NCBI RefSeq assembly: GCF_006345805.1
Contig: NC_043000.1
Location: forward strand, 125,488,001-125,552,000
Direction of reading: 5' to 3'
DNA from: Octopus sinensis
Taxonomy: Eukaryota
Length of the DNA: 64,000 bases
Shown here: positions 14,275 through 25,835 of the stretch, piece by piece
Layout: every line of letters starts with the position of its first letter
How positions within the stretch are numbered: the first letter of the stretch is position 1
The notes under the pieces: model-generated
The model's input: only the letters and a program-made list of their open reading frames with translations
Told to the model about the DNA's origin: nothing
Databases searched by the model: none
Position numbers and translations under genes: made by a program

Positions 14275-14790
14275 ACAAGAGGAATTCCAACCACGTTCCA
14301 TGGTTTGCTACCTCAACAGTTCCTTTATATGATCCAGTGGCTACAGTCATCATAAGGAGGAACCATGTCCGGTTTCGGCCCCTACTCCTCAACTGTTCTT
14401 GACGTGGCACCCACCCGCTTTCGGAAGTGTCTTCAGCTCTGGTGTTGAGTGCGTCTTTTTCTTTCTCCTTTTTTCTTTTGTTTCTTTGATGCACCATCAA
14501 TGAATGTCAGTGAGCGAAGGGCCATCTTGCCAAATTTCCCTTTAAATACTCACCAGTAGGCTCCAGCAGCCAGCACCAGCTGTCACGTGACACTATCTAA
14601 GCTTCAACTGACCAATGGAGGGGAAGGGCATGTAGTTTTGGCCCATGCCCTCTCTAAACCTGCCTTCCAACAGTATCATGTTAGTTTCAGTTCCAGCAGC
14701 CAGAGCCGACTAGCTCTTTGGTGGTACAAGCCTTAAAACCAGGAGGAGGGCATGCTATGAACGAGATCGCTACCTTGGCCTATTTTTTAA
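14275..14790 (-). mobile_element. GC-richer insert resembling a retroelement terminal repeat (Penelope pLTR-like or solo LTR)
   Basis: CCAAT (14612), 12-bp palindrome TGTCACGTGACA (14581-14592), minus-strand TATTTAAA (14541-14548), followed on the minus strand by two broken hammerhead-like cores. Confidence 0.3.
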
Positions 14791-15611
14791 TCAACGATGC
14801 TGCTTAAGTGTCAGCCAGCCTTACCTAGCAATGCTATTTCTCATTTGGCATGTATTAACTCAACATATATTAACTCAACCTGCATGATTTGGTGTTTGTA
14901 GTAAATATTATGAAACACACCCCAAGTAAATGTTTGAGCCATAAATTGGAACGACATGAATTCTTTTTCTCTGTATCCTCTGTACGCACACATACACACA
15001 CACATCACTCACACACACGTATTTAGTGTTGCATTAGTAAATCTTGGTTTGGTCTACAGTTGTGTAGTAAATATATAACAAGGATGTACAGTTGACAGAA
15101 ATGACATGCCAGTGTGGTTAAGAAGTCTACTTGCCACCTAGATGGTTTTGGAAGACAGAATCTGAAAGAATTCCATCATATGCCTCTGTGTGTGTGTGTG
15201 CTGTTGTTGTTGTGGTAGTGATGCTGACTCCCTGTCTTGACATGGGACAACATTTGTCAGTAAAACTCACCATCTTACTAATCATACTAGTGATACCATT
15301 CAGTTGTAATCATCAATGAAAACTTCTGTCTATTGTATATGGTTGTTTGTATAAAGATGTATTGGGTCAAATGTTTACTATTGCTTAAATCTCACCCATG
15401 GTGACTGAACTGTTGCCAATTCTAACACAATTTGGCTATCTTGACAATACCTCCTAAATTATGTTATGATTGGCAGCAAGTTTGTCCTGGTTTACTAGGT
15501 TAGCCATTATGAATATCTTAAGAAAAAAACATAAATAATCAAATGCACACACACACACGCCTCGCTGAATTCAGAACTCTTAAAAATACCAGAAATTTAA
15601 AATAATTTAAA

Positions 15612-16003
15612 GCATGAGTGGCTGTGTGGTAAGTAGCTTGCTTACCAACCACATGGTTCTGGGTTCATTCCCACTGCGTAGCACCATGGGCAAGTGTCTT
15701 CTACTATAGCTGCGGGCCGACCAAAGCCTTGTGAGTGGATTTGGTAGACAGAAACTGAAAGAAGTCCGTCATATATATGTATATGTTTGTGTGTCTGTGT
15801 TTGCTCCCACCCCCCACATTGCTTGACAACCGATGATGGTGTGTTTACATCCCTGTAACTTAGCGGTTTGGCAAAAGAGACCGATAGAGTAAGTACTAGG
15901 CTTCCAAAGAATAAGTCCTGGGGTCGATTTGCTCGACTAAAGGTGGTGCTTCAGCATGGCCGCAGTCAAATGACTGAAATAAGTAAAAGATAAGAGAAAA
16001 GAG
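15612..16003 (+). mobile_element. Full-length tRNA-derived SINE family A
   Basis: A-box-like gtggctgtgtggtaag, B-box-like ggttcattccc, CORE-like atgggcaagtgtcttctact, internal (TA)/(TG) tract and A/G-rich tail; colinear with 40993-41428 (-). Confidence 0.9.
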
Positions 16004-17012
16004 AGGTATTATTGCCATAGCTTGGCTTTTGTTAAGCTGTGTAATTGTTTCGGTTTTTACTAAGAAATTGCAATTCATAATAGGTGCTTAAATGTGTCAA
16101 TTTCTCTTTATGTTCCTCAAGCTTATCACTAATTTTGCCAGCTGGAAAAAAAAAAAAAACAAAGACTCGTTATAAATTGTGCATTATTTTCCCATTTATG
16201 TATCTTAAATCATTCTAAATTTAATTGCTTTTAATGATTTTAATACTTTTTCATTATTTAAGTCTCATAATATAAGATAAAAAGAAAGCTTAGCTTTAAC
16301 AAGATTAACTCGATATTTACTAAAATGCCAACTCTAGCGACATTGAGTTTCATAGATCTTTAGGATAAAATTTACTGAAAACTTACAAAAATATTTGAAG
16401 ATGGTTTATTGGATGTGAGGTTGCATAAAATACTTCAACTGCATAGGCTAACAGAGATAATTAAACGTGGAAGTGTTTTCTATTTTGTGCTTTATGTTAA
16501 TGTAAGAGCATTTAAGTGATAAAAATAAATCCTTCTCCATAAAATAATCGTTTTATTACACATTTATAGAGATAAATGTTGATCACTGTTGTTGCTCTCT
16601 TCTGTTTAATGTTCCTTTTGCTAGCTATGCCCTAATTCTTTTCAATGTACTCTTTGTTGAAACTTGTTTGTCATTATTATGTAATATCAGTTTCTCCATA
16701 GTGGCTAGATTCATTAAGCTGTGATTTTATGTCACCAATTTTCTGAATCTTAATTTATGTTATCTCTCATTCGTGTTAAGCTACCAGCCTAATACTTTAT
16801 CTATTTGATTTTTATTTACTTTCTCTATCTACCAGCATTAGTGTTGGTGGACAGATGAAAAAAAGGAAATACCTGATCATCCAGAGAGATTCATTGCATT
16901 TAGATAGTAATGTTCAGGGGGTTGATGATGGTGATCAATTGGAGACTCCCTGTAAAGTTTAAAAACAAAAAAAAAAGACTTGTAGTACTCACATGTCTGG
17001 GACAGAACTGCT

Positions 17013-17068
<56 letters not shown>

Positions 17069-17182
17069 CATCATCATAATAATAACTGCCCTTTATATGA
17101 AAGAATTGCAAGAATATGACACAGTTTTGAGGAAATGAAGTACAGATCATTTTGCAGTGGGGAAACCAGCAGAGCATGAATA

Positions 17183-17660
17183 TATTGGGTCATCCCATAA
17201 ATAATGTGTTTTTTTTATACTTCTTTCATTCTTCAAAATTAAGATAAACAGAGTTCTTTTTTAATCTAAAATATGCTCTCCTTCATTTTCTAGAATGCTC
17301 TTCCATCTATCTGGTAGATTTGCAAAGCCCTTCTTCTAAAATTCACTTGTCCGTGATGAAAAATACTCCTTCAGTACTGTTCTGTCCTTGTCTACAGAAT
17401 CTATATTTTTTCCATCCAAATGATTTTGAAGACTGCAGAATAAATGGTAATCAGTTGGGGCAATGTCCAGTGAATATGTTGGGTGGGGCATCATTTCCCA
17501 TTCAAGTTGTTCCAGCCTTTGGAATTGATGAATGTTTTACATACCCCTGATGATAAAGAAGGATCAAAGATAGGTGGTAGATTCAGTTTGACATAATCCT
17601 AGCTCTTGTTTGGTGGTAATTGTCATTATAGACAACTCACTAAATTTCCATGAAAGTTAA
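17183..17660 (-). mobile_element. Mariner transposon relic, internally deleted
   Basis: Minus strand 17522-17261 reads QRLEQLEWEMMPHPTYSLDIAPTDYHLFCSLQNHLDGK...LPDRWKSILENEGEHILD* (mariner YSPDLAPSDYHLF motif, one internal stop); TA plus TIR-like ttgggtcatcccataaataatg at 17183. Confidence 0.9.
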
Positions 17661-17777
17661 ACCTCAAAATTTCTGATTTTCTCCTTGTTATCCCAAATAC
17701 ATCCTATGATTAAATCTGCTTCCCAAAGACTCTGCTTGCTCTACAGGACCAGAAAAATATTTCGGCTCTAATCAATT

Positions 17778-18020
17778 TGGCCTAGTGGTTAGGGTGTCAC
17801 CTTTACAGTCACAAGATTGTGGTTGCAATTCCTGGATCAAATGGTGTGTTGTGCCTTTTGTGAGTGACACACTTCATTTCATGTTGCTCCAATTCACTCA
17901 CCTGTAAATGAATTACCCTGTTATGGACTGGCATCCCATTCAGCAGAGAGATACAGTGATCTCCATGGAAACTGGGTAACTCTCTCTATGAGTCCCAGGA
18001 CTCAAGGCAGTAATGTTCAG
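17778..18020 (+). mobile_element. tRNA-derived SINE family D
   Basis: tggcctagtggttaggg A box and ggttgcaattcc B box; colinear with 43660-43922. Confidence 0.75.
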
Positions 18021-18107
18021 GGGTTGATGATGGTGATCAATTGGAGACTCCCTGTAAAGCTTAAAAACAAAAAAAAGACTTGTAGTACTCGTACATCTGG
18101 AACAGAA

Positions 18108-18125
18108 CTGCTGCTGCTGCTGCTG

Positions 18126-18159
<34 letters not shown>

Positions 18160-18160
18160 A
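18108..18160. repeat. (CTG)n(CTA)n compound microsatellite
   Basis: Directly visible. Confidence 0.95.
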
Positions 18161-18584
18161 CATACACACACATACATACATTTCATACTTCTGACTGATT
18201 AACAAAGACTCTGCAACACAAAACAACTTTAGGTCCATAGTGACCTATCTTACTACTATACTGACCCCAGGAACTTGCATATCACCTTCTCCAAGACCAA
18301 CTTGAAACACCCATCTCTCTCTTCTAATTATTCCTGCTGTCTCACCACCCAAACTCTATTCTAACTGTTTTTTTTTTTTTTTACCAAATCTTTCTCTCTC
18401 AGAATATCGTTCCCTTAGAATTTTCTCCACACCAACATTTCCCCAGAGGTTAGTGAGCTATTGATTTTCAAGCTGGAAAAATCAACCATACTGACTTCAC
18501 CAGTCTCAGAGGGCCTGCGCAGTCAGAGGCACCATTCCTCCTCCAGACAAAGGCATAAAAACAGTGCATTTTTGCACTGCACAT

Positions 18585-18624
18585 CATGATGATGATGATG
18601 ATGATTGTGTGTGTGTGTGTATAA

Positions 18625-18655
<31 letters not shown>

Positions 18656-18657
18656 AC

Positions 18658-18706
<49 letters not shown>

Positions 18707-18759
18707 ATGTATATATATATATGTATGTATATATATATATATATGTATATATATATGTA

Positions 18760-18794
<35 letters not shown>

Positions 18795-18897
18795 GTACAT
18801 ATATATATATATATATACATATATACATATATATATATACATATATATACATATATAATATATATATACATATATATATACATATATATATATATAC

Positions 18898-18929
<32 letters not shown>

Positions 18930-19041
18930 TATATTATATATATACATACATACATATATATACATATATATATATATTATATATATATATATACATACAT
19001 ACATATATTACATATATATAATATATATAATACATACATAC

Positions 19042-19077
<36 letters not shown>

Positions 19078-19133
19078 ATACATACATATATATACATATA
19101 TATATATATACATATATATATGTACATACATAC

Positions 19134-19208
<75 letters not shown>

Positions 19209-19248
19209 TATATATAATATATACATTTATATATATACATGTACATAC

Positions 19249-19312
<64 letters not shown>

Positions 19313-19330
19313 TATTGTATATATATATGT
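18585..19330. repeat. Very long compound (GAT)n/(GT)n/(TA)n/(TACA)n microsatellite
   Basis: Directly visible; source of the spurious YIYI ORFs. Confidence 0.98.
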
Positions 19331-19691
19331 CTCTCTTAAGTATGTAGACCAATATGTTGATATTCAATTTCCTGATCAATTCTTTTGCACTTATTTCTTA
19401 CCCCACAGCAACTCAATCTTTGTTCTGTACTCAATTGATTCTTACTGATGTTAGTCAGTACTTCACTTGTCGAACTTTAGTGATTATATTGATTGATTCT
19501 TGCTTTTAGTTTTGTTGTATTATAAGATCATATTGCCTATCTTAATTTAGAAATTGAAGGTCTTTTACACTTGGAGTAGACTTCTCACTGCTTTACGTGA
19601 TCACACTACCCATATTTACATTTTGGACAAGGAGAATGGGATAGTCTAAACAACCTATATTTCTTCAACAGTGACTCACATCCCATCTCTT

Positions 19692-20040
<349 letters not shown>

Positions 20041-20144
20041 ATTAATATTTAGCAGAAGCAACAGAGTGACTCAAGGTCCAAGAGTTTCCAACGCATAAAG
20101 CCATCTGACCTTGAGTCATTCTTTTGCTTCTGCTAAATATTAAT
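20041..20144. repeat. Fold-back element: 38-bp inverted repeat with 28-nt spacer
   Basis: Arms 20041-20078 and 20107-20144 are reverse complements with 2 differences. Confidence 0.9.
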
Positions 20145-20235
20145 AATGATAAACATATACTCATATTTTGAGTTCTATTTTTCCTATTTGCTCCAACACA
20201 CACACACACATATATATACACATATATATATATAT

Positions 20236-20488
20236 GTGCCGGTGGCACGTGTAAAAAGATTCGAGCGAGATTGTTGCCAGTTCCGCCTGACTGGCCCCGT
20301 GCCAGTGGCACATAAAAAGTACCCACTACACTCTCTGTGTGGTTGGCGTTAGGAAGGGCATCCAGCTGTAGAAACTCTGCCAGATCAAGATTGGAGCCTG
20401 GTGCAGCCTTCTGGTTCACCAGCCCTCAGTCAAAATCGTCCAACCAATGCTAGCATGGAAAGCGGACATTAAGCGATGATGATGATGA
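20236..20488 (+). mobile_element. SINE-like family E with hairpin subrepeats and (GAT)n tail
   Basis: gtgccggtggcac / gccagt..actggc subrepeats, then the ggcgttaggaagggcatccagc module. Confidence 0.8.
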
Positions 20489-20784
20489 TATATATATATA
20501 TGAGAGTGTATAAAGGAAAGTAGCATTCAAGAAATTTAGTAGGAATTACATATATTTTTAATGAGTTTGATTCACTTCCACATGGCTCAAAATTTAATTG
20601 GCATATATGACATGGCCACATCATCAGCTGCTAGGTACTGATTGAGAGAATTTATATATACAGGGTGTTTCAAAAAATTTGATATCATTTGAGACTTCTC
20701 ACTGGTGGAAATAGCACAGAAGTAAGTTTAAGACATTTCAATTTAAGAGAGAATTCAATAAAAATGATTTAAAAAGTTATATGA

Positions 20785-21660
20785 AGAAAACATAACCTGT
20801 TTCTCGATGAATCTCATCTCATCTTATCAAATATCAGTAAAAAATCTATAAAAAATTGAAGTAAAAACTGTTTATCTTCTGACATGGTTTCAAGAACATG
20901 TCTGAAGATTTTTTGTTGAAGTCTTCTTGAAATATAGTTTAAGTTCAAAGTGTTAGAGAATGAGAGAAGGGGTGTAGTTGTCTATTGTCTAAAAAAATAA
21001 TCTTTGTGTGTTCCTGCCAAGGGAGTGGCTAAAAAGCATTTATTGAGTAGGTTTTATGTCCACCTGTGTGTGTGTGTGTATTGTGTTGAATATCCTTTCA
21101 ATATGTTTGGAAAATGACCAGCTGGGTGCATATGTCTTGTTGAAGAAAGCATTAGGATTTTCCTTTGGGTTAGATGTATTATTTTCTGTCTCCACCTGTG
21201 TGTGGTCACCAGCTGTGTGTATGTGTGGGTGTTTGAGTGTATGTGTGGGTGTGTTTGTGTGAGTGTGTTGTTTTGCAATGTTTCCTTTTGTGTTTATGTG
21301 TATCTGTATTTTTGCAATGTTTTCTTTTTTGTGTATGTATGTATGTTTGTGTGTGTGCTGGCATATATATATATGTGTTAGAGAAAAGGTTTAGGAATTG
21401 ATAGGAAGTATTTTTTTCGAAATGATAATATGCATAAAATTGTTTTTAAGTGTCCTTATTTATTGGTTGTGGTTGGGTCTATATTTAATTGTGGTTTATA
21501 ATTGTTAATGAATTGCCTTTCTTTATTTATAGAGTTCATTCAGTTTTACTAATGTTTCCCCGCTGTTAGTATGAGTTAGGTGAATTCACATCATTGGTGT
21601 CCTGCTGATTGCTGTCGCCTGGTTTTTGAGTGAGGAGTTTTCATTCCACTTGTCTTTGAA
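20785..21660 (-). mobile_element. Decayed Penelope-like element 3' end
   Basis: Minus strand 21540-21456 reads ...NKERQFINNYKPQLNIDPTTTNK*, like the ExxFIxxYKPxLN end of GIY-YIG endonucleases; followed by a (CA)-rich region and a hammerhead-like relic at 20788-20836. Confidence 0.45.
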
Positions 21661-22954
21661 AAGTACTGAGCTAACAGACAATTTGTCAACAAAGACATGC
21701 TAACAAGCATTACTGCCCTATAGCCTGGCTCAACACAGAATGCAAACATTCACACACATGCACACACATGCACACGTGCGCGCGCACACACACACACACA
21801 CACACATGATAGGCTTTGTACAGTTGTTTCCAACTAGCACATTTATTTGCAAAGATCAGTCATTGCAGGGCTTTAATTGAAGGCACTTTCACAAGGAGCT
21901 GTGCATTGTATGTTACATGCATGCACACACACACACACACAGCTGAGTGAATAAAAAAACTTGATGCCAAACATGGGGTCCTAGTTTCAATCCCCGGACA
22001 TTTTATGGCATGAACTTTTTCCCTTGTCTTGCAACGGATCCAGACCTTATGTATGCAGCCTGGTAGAGAGAAATTGTATAGAATTCTATCAGATGGGGTG
22101 TACTTGTAATTAAAACGTCCATCCTTGTCACACTACATCATATTGATTCTACTTGAGAATTACATTAAGGGTACATATGTCTATGGAATATTCAGCAACT
22201 TGCATGCTAATTCAGTGCTAAAGCCATCTAGTTTGGTCAGACAACTGTATGGACTTGTCATATTCATATATCGAAATCGATGGGAGAGTTTGCTGTATCC
22301 ACACATCAAATATGTACATAGTGTAAGCTAGGATTTCACTAACCAAATCGTTATATTCAAATGAGAAGTAGAGATAATAGTATAGAAAGTATTTTCTACA
22401 ATTGTAACATTTAAAAAGATAGATTATGAGATTTAGGCTTATGGATTGTGTCTTCCATTGAATACTTTACTTAGGTGTTGCAAATAATCGCAAAATAAAT
22501 CTCTTACGAAATTTCTCCAAGCCAACCATATTTTATATCTGCACAACTCTTTTTATCTAAATATACATCTATCATCTTTACTATCTCCTGTTCATTTGCT
22601 TCTTTTTCTCATGCACACATGAAATATGAAGAGTTACTATGTGCATGCATGCATATGTATTCATAATCCTTGATTTAATGTCCACTTTCCATGCTTGTGT
22701 GGATTAAACTCTTAGGTTTGTTGAAGCAAAGCTTTACAGTTGAATACTCTTCTTATGCTAGACACTTCATTATTCCAAGAGAATATTATTCAATCTCCCG
22801 TAGTAACTCTTGGTTGTGGATAATATTAACTACATGTCTCAAGAACAACTTGTGTTGCTAAAGTAGCTCCTAAAAAAGATGAAATATCTGTAATTACTTC
22901 AAATATTATATTATCAGAAACTAAATTTACACGTTAATATTTCTATTTACTAAG

Positions 22955-23170
22955 ATGGTGAGCTGGCAGAATCATTAGCATGCTGGGCAAAATCTTTAAT
23001 GATATTTCATCTGTCTTTATGTTCTGAGTTCAAATTTTGCCAAGGTTGACTTTACCTTTTCTCTTTTTGGGGTTGATAAAATAAGTACCAGTTGAGCACT
23101 GGGGCTTATGTAATAGACTTACCTTCTACTCTGAAACTGCTGGCCTTGTGCCAAAATTTGAAACCAATAT
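22955..23170 (+). mobile_element. SINE family B variant with TSD aatatttctat
   Basis: Colinear with 12776-12990; aatatttctat at 22936-22946 and 23166-23176. Confidence 0.8.
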
Positions 23171-24688
23171 TTCTATAGGCTGCACACATTCTAGTGACGT
23201 TAGTTTTAAATGTTTCCACAATATAGTTTAGGTTCTGCATTTTGGCAACCTGTTTTAAATTGTTATCAAGAGAATGGTGTGTGAGCTATGTGCAAGTTTT
23301 AAATTTGTATTTCTATTGGCATTTAGAAGGAAATATAAAATTCTTTGGTTACTTTTCAATATCTGATGGCAAGATTATATGACCAATGAAAATTTATAAT
23401 GGAGCAAAGCTGCTTAGCATTTCTCTTCTGCTGCAACTGTCTTTTGCTGGCTATGTCATCAGGATAATAGATAATAAGTTATGTGGATATTTGTATAATG
23501 AATTGAATATCATAGAGTGAATTTGAGTTAACTTCAAGAAGTTATACAAAGATCAGCTTAATGAACAGCTCTTCTAAGATAAGTCAACAGAATTGGTAAC
23601 ATCATGCAACAAACTTACCCAAAGGATATAGGTTTGAAATTCAACTGAAACTATAGTAGAGAATAGAAAGCATGACAAGCACTAAGTAACATACAGAATA
23701 ATACTTAGCCAACACTTTCTTTGTCTAAAGTAAATTGTAAATCCTGGCTGTAGGAGTATCTTTTGAGACCAACAAAGAAAATATTCCAACCATCCACATT
23801 AATAAGAAATTTGCCATCATATTACTTTAAGTGATTTTGACTTTACACAGCTAAATTCAATAAATTGTATTTCATTTACATTTAAGAGATATTACTTGAT
23901 AGGAATGGATTAAATCATTTGTTTTGGAAATAAAATAGATTTTGCTTTGTCTTCAATTCTTAAACTCCTGTATTGTTTTCTCTATGTAAATCTCTTAGTC
24001 CTGTTAGAAACGGTCAAATTTAACAAAAAAGCAGCTAGCTAGTATAAATGTTACTGAAATAGAACTTGGATGAAATTTACTGAGACAATATAATGATCAT
24101 TGGTGCACATTGTGATGGTGGTGGTTACCTGTTGTCATGTCACGTTGACCTGCCAATTTAGGTTGAATGTAGTGAAGTAACTACACATGTTTTCACATAT
24201 GTTGACAAAATATTGATTCCTGGGCATTAATTTTTTTCAGTTAAATCATTAACAAATGATATTATCAAATCCTCACTCAATGCTTGAGGTATTAAACACC
24301 ATTAAGCTCAAAAATCAAAGAAAAAAATCTGGGGAATTTTACTTGGTAAAATGCAAGAAATAGCCATACATGGCCCAAACAGGAATTCTTTTTACAGGAA
24401 GTTTCAAAAGGTAGCTAAACTTCGCTTCTTGCACAGAAAAATGCTAAGTTGTAGTTTTTGATGCTTATTCAACAACAACAACATTTAAAATGCAGTTTCA
24501 TGTGGTTCAAGATATGATGATGGCTGATCTGTGGTGTAAGACTTCAAGAATTGAAATATTAAAAGTAGAAACAGCTTGTCAGAGGCTGATCACCTACCCT
24601 TACAATTAATCATTAGTTTAGTATCTTTATGGAGATAAAGTATGTTATGTTAGCAGTTTTTTTTTTTATAAATGATTGATTTTCTATG

Positions 24689-25010
24689 TTACGGAGATGT
24701 ACTCGCATAGCAAGTAATTTGATCTGAGATCGTGTGCTGAAAACGAAAACAATTGCAGCGTGGAAGGTGTTTATAAGCCATTTAAGAAACACACAAAAGC
24801 CGTTCGATTCACTTCAACATTTAAGTTTAATTTGTCAAAATATTTTCGTCGCTAAAATCCGCGACCTGTTCCACGGATTTTTGTCAGTGAACAGGTCGCG
24901 GATTTTAGCGACGAAAATATTTTGACAAATTAAACTTAAATGTTGAAGTGAATCGAACGGCTTTTGTGTGTTTCTTAAATGGCTTATAAACACCTTCCAC
25001 GCTGCAATTG
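24689..25010. mobile_element. Young palindromic insertion (Penelope-like inverted fragment) with 13-bp TSD
   Basis: TSD ttgattttctatg at 24676-24688 and 25011-25023; perfect 124-bp inverted repeat 24748-24871/24889-25012; CpG-rich relative to flanks. Confidence 0.85.
24880..24929 (+). ncRNA. Candidate minimal type I hammerhead ribozyme, G3:C8 variant
   Basis: Stem I tttgtca/tgacaaa (7 bp), core GUGAACA plus an extra G, stem II gtcgc/gcgac, GAA, palindromic stem III AATATT, U at position 17 (24922). Confidence 0.55.
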
Positions 25011-25629
25011 TTGATTTTCTATGCTTGTACATTTAGTTATCTTCGGTGCAAATAAAGTAGTCTTGTCACCATTGCATATGGTTTAGAAAATTTTTATTTC
25101 TCCAAGCCTAATTGTAAATTATCTGAACACAAATATATCTCATCTTACTAATGATGAATACTTCTTTTTTATTTATTTATTTTTTTTTATTTAAGATAGA
25201 AATTCCATTAGTCTTTTCAGTTGTTACCCTCTTCTCCAAGACCACATTAAAAGCCATATTGAAAAGCTACAACTGACATAGATAAGAGTTTTGGGAAATG
25301 GTTAAGAAAACAGACCTACATGTGTATAATATAATTTCATTATAGTCCTTCAACTGCATTTGCAATTTTCCCATTTTACCACAATTTACATAGTCTTCAT
25401 ATAATATATTTTCACGTTACATATAATTGATTTCAAAAACAGAAAATATTAACCATCAAGTCATTCAGCTATGTGTTTTGAGTTCAACATTATTTATGTG
25501 GTAGTGGTGGCAGTAGTGTTGGCAATAGTGGTAGTTTAGTAGGAGTTGAGTTTTGAAAGTTGCTCCTATCTACTAAACTTGAATTTTTCAAAAATTATTC
25601 TTAATTACTTTTCTGGTTGATTAGAAATA

Positions 25630-25647
25630 TGTGTGTGTATGTATATA

Positions 25648-25687
<40 letters not shown>

Positions 25688-25835
25688 CATATATATGTGT
25701 ATGCATATATATATGTATGCATATATATATGTATGCATATATATATGTATGCATATATATATGTATGTATATATGTAGCTATATATATGTATGCATGTAT
25801 ATATGTATGCATGTATGTGTGTATATATATATATA
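25630..25835. repeat. (TA)n-derived minisatellite with recurring atatatatgtatgcat units
   Basis: Directly visible. Confidence 0.95.

Larger units (their letters stand above)
16906..18112. repeat. ~105-bp direct repeat, copies 16906-17012 and 18009-18112
   Basis: agtaatgttcagggg...gagactccctgtaaag...gacttgtagtactc...cagaactgct occurs twice with few differences. Confidence 0.9.

Noticed and set aside
16836-16907. Peptide KEIPDHPERF resembling a PRY motif after a strong acceptor
   Set aside because: That frame is closed by stops on both sides and no further domain sequence is present.
24734-25032. Two near-identical ORFs on opposite strands
   Set aside because: A consequence of the DNA palindrome, not a gene pair.
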